Shown here one piece after another: positions 34,608 through 40,645 of a stretch of DNA of 40,645 bases; position 1 is the stretch's first letter; each line of letters opens with the position of its first letter. The stretch spans positions 1 through 40,645 of the forward strand of contig JAGVBM010000338.1 in NCBI GenBank assembly GCA_020059765.1, given 5' to 3'. Made by a program: the position numbers and the translations under genes. A model generated the notes under the pieces. The model worked only from the letters and a program-made list of their open reading frames with translations. It had not been told where the DNA came from and did no database searches. The stretch is from Bacillota bacterium. Lineage in GTDB: Bacteria > Bacillota > Bacilli > Tumebacillales > Effusibacillaceae.

Positions 34608-34638
34608 ATAAGAGGCCAAGCGATTAGGCTTGACCTCC
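34608..34638 (-). terminator. Terminator-like hairpin after capsid genes
   Basis: GAGGTCAAGC-CTAATC-GCTTGGCCTC then TTATCTTT. Confidence 0.6.
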
Positions 34639-34651
34639 ATTCTTAATCAAT

Positions 34652-35053
34652 TTATACAGGCTGCTTACGGGGACCACCACGAACCACGACTGCGCTTGTC
34701 GGCAGGCTGGGAGATGTCCCTGCAATGGCTGTAACCGCTACGCGAATATATCGTTTACGTCCAATATATCCGCGTTCGTATGTCGTTTCGTCGTTAGTCG
34801 TATCAATCGCTGGCAATACCCCGCCCAAAAGATCCGCAGCAGCCACATCAGTAAAGGTCGTATTGTCGTCCGATTCCTGAATCTTAATCGTGGCCGTAGG
34901 GGTTGTTCCACCGAAAAGTCCCAAGTCAAGCAGTACCAGTGCGCCCTCAAAACCTTGAAGATCTACTCCGGTTCCATTCAAGGTTGCTGTTACAGCCTGC
35001 GCCCGGATTGAGGACGAAGGAGAATTGACATTATACATGTCCATCGTTGCCAT
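34652..35053 (-). CDS. Probable capsid decoration / cement protein
   Basis: Follows MCP; GVDLQGFE...IQESDD...YIG.KRYIRV beta-sandwich pattern. Confidence 0.65.
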   Translation of the reverse strand: MATMDMYNVNSPSSSIRAQAVTATLNGTGVDLQGFEGALVLLDLGLFGGTTPTATIKIQESDDNTTFTDVAAADLLGGVLPAIDTTNDETTYERGYIGRKRYIRVAVTAIAGTSPSLPTSAVVVRGGPRKQPV

Positions 35054-35084
35054 CGTATTTCACACTCCTTTTTTAATGGTCAAA

Positions 35085-36314
35085 TTAAGCCAATTTTACG
35101 CGAATGAACGCCTCTTCCAATACAGGCATTGCATCCGTTTCAAGCCGACCGATAAATCCAATCTGATTCGTCTCAGCATACAATTCCACAAGGCGCTGAA
35201 CCGACAGTGCCAGAGAATCAGCAACCCAATACTTGCTGAAATCCCCGATCATACCGACATATTGACCTGTCGTGAAAGTATTCGGAACGTATTCCGAATT
35301 GACAACCGGAATTCCAAGCAGCCGATCTGCAGGACCGTTTTGCAAGTTTGGTTGAATCAAATACTGCCCGTTTGTATCCTTCAATTTGTGGATTTGTTCC
35401 ATGGCATTCCGATGGAATAACCAGCGTGCATTCATCCAATACGGCTCTTTAAGCGTATATTTCGCGGAGATCAGCCCATCAGTTTGAATAGACGTGGTTG
35501 TATTTCCATCGCTTACATCGCGCCCCGTGCTGATTCCGTTGGCAGAAGCAACAAAAAGTCCGAGCGGCTTGTCTACACCGTCCCCGGTCATGTAGGCTTT
35601 TTCCATCGCGACTCCAAACTTATAAGCCAACCGATCGCGTACTAACTGATCGATATTAATGGCAGATTGGGCGAGCAGTTTGTTAGAAACCTTGATCCGT
35701 TTTGCAAGCGGGTGTGGTTTCAACTCCCGCTTTCCGAATTTCATTGCCGTATCTTCCGCACCGGTTGCCAGTTCACTTGTCCAGTCAGCATCTGAGATAT
35801 CACTGTCAAGTGTGGGCACCCCCAAACTTTCAGCGCTGCCCAACGGAAGGACGGTTGCCAATTGGCGGATAACTAAAGCATTGTCAATCGCTTTAAGCAA
35901 ATCATTAACAAATTGCTGCGGAGTTACAACGAAGCCCCCCAGTGTTTTGTCGGTTACTTGCAAAGCCCGCGATTCATCCGCAGACAAAAAGTTGAGTCCG
36001 ACTTGGAGGTAATGGTTAAACGATGTCCGGTATTCTTCTGTTTCGCGCGGATCGGTGCCACGTTGAACCGGTGAACCAGGTTCCGGACGGTGTGCCGGAT
36101 GCGAAACCGTGGTTAACCCACGCTCCAGCTCGGCTTGTCGTTCCTCTGTCTCGATGCTGTCGCCCAATTCGTTAATCTCTTTAAACCGGCGATCGTATTC
36201 CTGCTTTTCTTCTGCGGTCAAAGAGCGGTTTTCTTTTTCCGCTTTGTCCAGGATATCGCGTGCATCCTTGATTAATTGAGCACGCTTTTGACGCATTTCA
36301 ATAATTTTTTTCAC
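35085..36314 (-). CDS. Major capsid protein, HK97 fold with delta domain
   Basis: Coiled-coil N-terminus, GGFVV.P, GDG..KPLG, LKDTNGQY, GDFS. Confidence 0.95.
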   Translation of the reverse strand: MKKIIEMRQKRAQLIKDARDILDKAEKENRSLTAEEKQEYDRRFKEINELGDSIETEERQAELERGLTTVSHPAHRPEPGSPVQRGTDPRETEEYRTSFNHYLQVGLNFLSADESRALQVTDKTLGGFVVTPQQFVNDLLKAIDNALVIRQLATVLPLGSAESLGVPTLDSDISDADWTSELATGAEDTAMKFGKRELKPHPLAKRIKVSNKLLAQSAINIDQLVRDRLAYKFGVAMEKAYMTGDGVDKPLGLFVASANGISTGRDVSDGNTTTSIQTDGLISAKYTLKEPYWMNARWLFHRNAMEQIHKLKDTNGQYLIQPNLQNGPADRLLGIPVVNSEYVPNTFTTGQYVGMIGDFSKYWVADSLALSVQRLVELYAETNQIGFIGRLETDAMPVLEEAFIRVKLA

Positions 36315-36329
36315 AAAATATCACTCTCC

Positions 36330-37286
36330 TTAAAGTTTAGATAAAAGATCAAGCTGTTTTCTTTGCAAATCAAAATCCGGCGGCTCTTCCGTACTAGGTC
36401 GAGAATTAAATATTTCTTGCAACGATCTAACGGATACATCGGTTGCTGGGTAAGCCGGAAAGGTTACCGGAGATACATCAAACAATCTGACTTCTTTTAG
36501 GACGCGAACAGGATTGTTCATGTCTCCTTCCCAATCCTCGCGCAGCGCCTGAAACCCGAAAGACATCTGGTCGACATCCCCGCGCTTAATGGTTTCCATG
36601 AGGTCGCGCGCCCATTGCGTGTTGGGCGGTGTAATCTCAATTGCCAGGCCCTTCTCATCTTCGGAAAGTTTCAACGTCCCACTTTTCGTTCGACCCAGGA
36701 CATAATTAGGGTCATGGTTCCACAAAGCGCGCACGTCAGCTTCTTTAATCGTCTTGCTGAAAGCACCGGGGGCGATTTTTTCCCTGAAAAAGAATAACTC
36801 TTCGGACAAGGAATTGAAAATCGCCGCATGACCTACGATTTTAGGATTTTCTGCGTCATCTGCTCGAATTTCTATACCCGCCAGCGTGAAAGCCCTATGT
36901 TCCATCTTTGTGTCGGAAGATCTTGATTTTAATTCCGGCGGTTCTACCTCAGCGTCCCGTAAATGAGCAGCCAAGTGGTTATACACTCCTTGTCTGTCGG
37001 CATCCGGGATTGTAGTACCTCCCCGTGCGCCATTCAGTACGGCTATGCCGGTTGTACAAGCGCGAATATTCGCAGCACCGGGATTGCCGTCACTGTCTAC
37101 TTCATGGTGAATAAACTTATAGGCATTCTTTTTTGTTTCATCACCATCGGGATCTCGCCACGCATATGCTTTGCGGTAGAAAGCATAATCATGATCTGTT
37201 TTTAATCGGGCCTCATTGGCAGGACCATCCCATGACGCATCACTCGTTGGTGACCTATGTGTAGGTATCGAAGGCATGTACATCAC
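36330..37286 (-). CDS. HK97-type prohead protease with extra N-terminal domain
   Basis: GHAAIFNS, LWNHD, MSFGF, DVSPVTFPAY. Confidence 0.93.
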   Translation of the reverse strand: MMYMPSIPTHRSPTSDASWDGPANEARLKTDHDYAFYRKAYAWRDPDGDETKKNAYKFIHHEVDSDGNPGAANIRACTTGIAVLNGARGGTTIPDADRQGVYNHLAAHLRDAEVEPPELKSRSSDTKMEHRAFTLAGIEIRADDAENPKIVGHAAIFNSLSEELFFFREKIAPGAFSKTIKEADVRALWNHDPNYVLGRTKSGTLKLSEDEKGLAIEITPPNTQWARDLMETIKRGDVDQMSFGFQALREDWEGDMNNPVRVLKEVRLFDVSPVTFPAYPATDVSVRSLQEIFNSRPSTEEPPDFDLQRKQLDLLSKL

Positions 37287-37294
37287 TCCTTTCT

Positions 37295-38515
37295 TTATTC
37301 CGGTTGAGTTTGACCCACTGGGGCCATGTTCAACGGAACGAGGAATTCATCCAGTCCATCCTGCGGGTTCAGGTTTTCTTTTTCGCGGACCTCATTCCGA
37401 TTCATCCATCCTTTATCAATGGCGATCCCATATGCCTCAAACCTTGTTTTGACATCCCCGCGAAGCAGACCATCCACAACAAACTCCGCAAAAAAAAGCC
37501 TCCTTTCGGTAGGCGTAAAAAGCTTGAATTGTATACTTTGTTCCAATCGAACCAACCATGGCCGGATTGTATGAACCACAAAATCAATAGACTGCTGTTC
37601 CACATTGGAAAAGGTTGCGCGTTCCAAATCACCGATCATATGCGGCGGTATTCGGAAAATACGGGCAATCTCATTGAGCTGGAACTTACGGGTTTCCAGA
37701 AATTGTGCATCTTCCGGCGGAATGCCAACCTGCGTATACTTAAGCCCGTTTTCAAGAACCATCAGCCTATGGCTTTTCCCAAGTCCTCCATAATTTTCTT
37801 GAGCATCTTTTTTGTACCGTTCATAAGCTACATCGCTGAGTGTGCCCGGATATTCAACAATGCCCCCAGGGTGAGCGCCATCACCAAAAAAACGTCCCCC
37901 AAATTCTTCAGTAGCCTGAGCCAAGCCAATTGCCTGCCGGGTCATCGCAATTGGAGAGTAACCCACAAGGCCATCAAACCCAAGCCCTGGAATATGCAGC
38001 ACCTGCTCTTTTGATAACAGAGCCAGAGTACCATCCGGCAAAACAGTTTTATACTCCAATTTCTTCGTGTTTTTGTTCCGTTCCGGCCATGTTCGATCCG
38101 GAAGAAGAGGCCATAAGGCTACAATATCCCCCGCACCATTCCGCTCAATCTCCGCATAGGCGTTTCCCCATAAGGCGATATGCCCCATCATGGTTTCGCG
38201 AAGTGTGAATGAGGTCATTTCCTCATTTGCGACGTCATGCAGGATACTATATAGCGGATGATCAGGAGCACGGGCTTTTCCTCCGCCAGATAAGCGGCGA
38301 TACACCGGAAACGGGAGTGATGCGATGGTTTCTGCGAGAATTCGCACGCAAGCATAGACCGCCGTTGTTTGCATCGCTGTCTTTTCGTTAACTGCTACCC
38401 CTGTATAGGTCGTCTGGCCGATACCAAGTAGATCAGTCAACCATTTTTCGGGATTCGACGGATGGGATCGTTTCTCCAGCCACTTTGATAAAAGCGGAAT
38501 TCTAATACTGATCAC
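37295..38515 (-). CDS. Portal protein, HK97 family
   Basis: AVYACV, LWGNAY, G.SPI, IARIFRIPPH. Confidence 0.95.
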   Translation of the reverse strand: MISIRIPLLSKWLEKRSHPSNPEKWLTDLLGIGQTTYTGVAVNEKTAMQTTAVYACVRILAETIASLPFPVYRRLSGGGKARAPDHPLYSILHDVANEEMTSFTLRETMMGHIALWGNAYAEIERNGAGDIVALWPLLPDRTWPERNKNTKKLEYKTVLPDGTLALLSKEQVLHIPGLGFDGLVGYSPIAMTRQAIGLAQATEEFGGRFFGDGAHPGGIVEYPGTLSDVAYERYKKDAQENYGGLGKSHRLMVLENGLKYTQVGIPPEDAQFLETRKFQLNEIARIFRIPPHMIGDLERATFSNVEQQSIDFVVHTIRPWLVRLEQSIQFKLFTPTERRLFFAEFVVDGLLRGDVKTRFEAYGIAIDKGWMNRNEVREKENLNPQDGLDEFLVPLNMAPVGQTQPE

Positions 38516-38520
38516 CCCCT

Positions 38521-40086
38521 TTACAGAGTTCTAATGCCGCGCGTTTCGTACACAGACTCGGCATCGACGTTTTCAAACAATAACGCCGTCGCCATGGAGT
38601 TGATTAATGCAACGGTCAAGTCAATGCGATCCATGGAACGGTTCTTCATCGGCTTGATATTTTCGTTGCCATCGACCGCAACGACGACGTTCCCCCAACA
38701 CCAACGAGCGAGTGGGTTGGCTTCATGCGTCATCTGACCGGACTTCATGAGGCGCTCAATGGTTTTCATGGCTGGACTCATCTGCGCCATCGTTTGTGGG
38801 ATCTCCACTACTTCCATGCCTTCCCGCATCAGCCGTTGCGTAAGCATTCGGCTGTTCCACGGGTCAGTTCCCAGTGTTGCGATGTTGTATTGTTTGTCGG
38901 CCGCCAGCAGCCGGGCCTCGACGAAATCATAATCGATGACGTTTCCCGGCGTGGCGTGTAAATATTTTTGATTCACCCAGCGATCATAAGGAACATGGTC
39001 CCGCTTTACGCGCTCCGTCATGTTGTCTTCCGGGACCCAAGCATCATGGATAAACCGCCAGTCTGGAATACCTTCCTGGGGTGGGAAAAGATAAACGACC
39101 CCGGTAAGGTCCGTCGTGCTGGACAGGTCAAGTCCTGGATAGCACCGCTTGCCGATCAACTCAGACAAATCCCATTTTCCCGTCGTCTGATCCCAGAGCG
39201 TGAGCGGCTGCCATCCGACGCGTTTGAGCGACACCCATTGATTGAGCCTGAGCCAACGAAAAAGACGCTCGGCAGCTTCGCTATTGCGAGCTGTAAGCGC
39301 CTCTTGCCTTACACTTTCTATGCTGATCGTATGGCCGAGCGATGGGTTTGCCTTATACCAAGTCTCTTCGTCGAAAATGTCGGCGTCCTCGGGAGCCGAA
39401 TAAATCTTCACATACCAGTATGGATCATCCTGTTCTCCGGAAAGTATCTTCTGGGCCTTCTCGTGGATCTCCCATCCGATCGATTTCCGGTCCGGATCGT
39501 CGCCAGCCGTCGTGATAACCCACCATATTGGTTCTTTCCGAGCTGCCCCGGCGCCAAACGTCATCACGTCCCAAAGATCGCGGTTAGGCTGCGCATGGAG
39601 TTCATCGAATATGACCACGGTCGGGTTGATGCCGTGTTTGGTATACGCCTCAGCCGAAAGTACTTTCATGGTCGTTCCGGTCTCGCGGTTTTTGATCTCT
39701 TTTTTGCTGTCTGTGACCTTGAGAGTCGCTTCAAGCTCAGGCTCTTGCTCGATCATCCCACAAGCCGCCCGGTAAACCAATTCAGCCTGTTGTCGGTCAG
39801 CAGCACAACAGTATATCTGACCGCCGGGGCCATCACAAACAAGATGATAAAGAGCAATGGCGGCAATCAGAGATGTTTTTCCGTTTTTCTTTGGGATCTC
39901 CAAGTACGCGTATCGATACTGCCGATAGTCGTCATCCTTTACCGTGCCGTATACATCCCACAGTACGTTGTATTGCCAATCAAGCAGTTGGAAAGACTGC
40001 CCGTAGAAGTCATCGACGGCATGGAGCATCTGGATAAACTCGATCGGTTCTAAGGCTCTCGCTTTATCATGCGCCATTGCCACCAC
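38521..40086 (-). CDS. terL: Terminase large subunit
   Basis: PKKNGKT Walker A, IFDELH, ITTAG, GLDLS, RID...A. Confidence 0.96.
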   Translation of the reverse strand: MVAMAHDKARALEPIEFIQMLHAVDDFYGQSFQLLDWQYNVLWDVYGTVKDDDYRQYRYAYLEIPKKNGKTSLIAAIALYHLVCDGPGGQIYCCAADRQQAELVYRAACGMIEQEPELEATLKVTDSKKEIKNRETGTTMKVLSAEAYTKHGINPTVVIFDELHAQPNRDLWDVMTFGAGAARKEPIWWVITTAGDDPDRKSIGWEIHEKAQKILSGEQDDPYWYVKIYSAPEDADIFDEETWYKANPSLGHTISIESVRQEALTARNSEAAERLFRWLRLNQWVSLKRVGWQPLTLWDQTTGKWDLSELIGKRCYPGLDLSSTTDLTGVVYLFPPQEGIPDWRFIHDAWVPEDNMTERVKRDHVPYDRWVNQKYLHATPGNVIDYDFVEARLLAADKQYNIATLGTDPWNSRMLTQRLMREGMEVVEIPQTMAQMSPAMKTIERLMKSGQMTHEANPLARWCWGNVVVAVDGNENIKPMKNRSMDRIDLTVALINSMATALLFENVDAESVYETRGIRTL

Positions 40087-40594
40087 GCCGTTTCATGAAC
40101 TGCGCCATTGCAGATTCTTTATTCTCCTCCGGCGGCGACTTTGGAATAGACTTGATACGGGCAGTCGGATTCAGGAACATGCGATCCTCCAATTTGAGCA
40201 ACATGTCTCGCGTCTTCATGACCTTGTCCGTTACCCCGGCGATTGACTCGTAGATTCTCAATCGATCGTCTACGTCATTGACCTCGTCGATGTCCTGCCG
40301 CATGTGTTCCGTCATCTTTGCGAGTGCCTGCTCCTGGCTAATGAGCAAGCAGTACCGGTTGATGATCTGTTCGTCCAGTCCGTCAACGTACTGGATGGTC
40401 TTGTAAAGTTTTTTGAGTCGCGAGAACTCTCGATGCGCAATCGGGTCAGCTTTCACGGCGGGCGACTCTTTAAACGTCGTTCCGGTGTAAAGAGATTTCT
40501 CCGCCTTGCCCCGATGTTCGAGTTCCGCTTTTGTCCGGTGGCTTTTCCCTTCCAACTTGAGCAATTGAACAGGTTTGCTAGGTCTTCCCGCCAT
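40067..40594 (-). CDS. terS: Terminase small subunit (P27-like)
   Basis: MAGRPSKP start, LNPTAR motif, GGAGGTG RBS, upstream of terL. Confidence 0.9.
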   Translation of the reverse strand: MAGRPSKPVQLLKLEGKSHRTKAELEHRGKAEKSLYTGTTFKESPAVKADPIAHREFSRLKKLYKTIQYVDGLDEQIINRYCLLISQEQALAKMTEHMRQDIDEVNDVDDRLRIYESIAGVTDKVMKTRDMLLKLEDRMFLNPTARIKSIPKSPPEENKESAMAQFMKRRGGNGA

Positions 40595-40645
40595 GCGATC
40601 ACCTCCTGAAAAAGTTTCATTTTGGGAAAAAATCTCGCGCGAAGG

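Larger units (their letters stand above)
1..40645. mobile_element. Complete temperate siphophage genome (HK97-like head, cos-type packaging), linear virion orientation
   Basis: Full ordered set of packaging, head, tail, lysis, integration, immunity and replication modules; no host genes; intact attP inside; ends fall between HNH and terS. Confidence 0.93.

Noticed and set aside
38968-40053. 361-aa plus-strand ORF, and other long plus-strand ORFs such as 32390..33196 and 37304..38014
   Set aside because: Antisense shadows of well-supported structural genes, with no recognisable motifs

Overview
The window is an apparently complete, about 40.6 kb temperate siphophage genome of a spore-forming Bacillota host (host family is an inference; Paenibacillaceae-like). 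It is in virion (linear) orientation: an intact attP (3' half of tRNA-Gly(CCC) plus arm repeats) lies mid-window, and both ends fall in the HNH-terS cos region. Almost all genes are on the minus strand: HK97-type packaging and head, non-contractile tail with a -1 frameshifted chaperone, holin and dual-domain endolysin, post-lysis morons, integrase and immunity, early genes, a DUF2800/SSB/PolA/VirE/VRR-NUC/SNF2 replication block, an Xpf-like late sigma factor and HNH. Three things stand out. (1) A direct-repeat-flanked cassette right after cro encodes two tiny convergent proteins that mimic both halves of a likely tail-fibre docking interface (a zinc-ribbon carrying the hub's LYPSxx repeat, and a stand-alone fibre N-terminal domain); this is a candidate tail-assembly decoy defence with its own antidote. 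(2) A c-di-GMP-I riboswitch controls a 38-aa peptide convergent on the repressor and lies downstream of a LexA-boxed promoter; this is a candidate SOS-plus-c-di-GMP induction switch. (3) A multi-stem GC-rich RNA sits in the late-operon leader. All family calls are from recognised motifs and synteny; no database searches were run.
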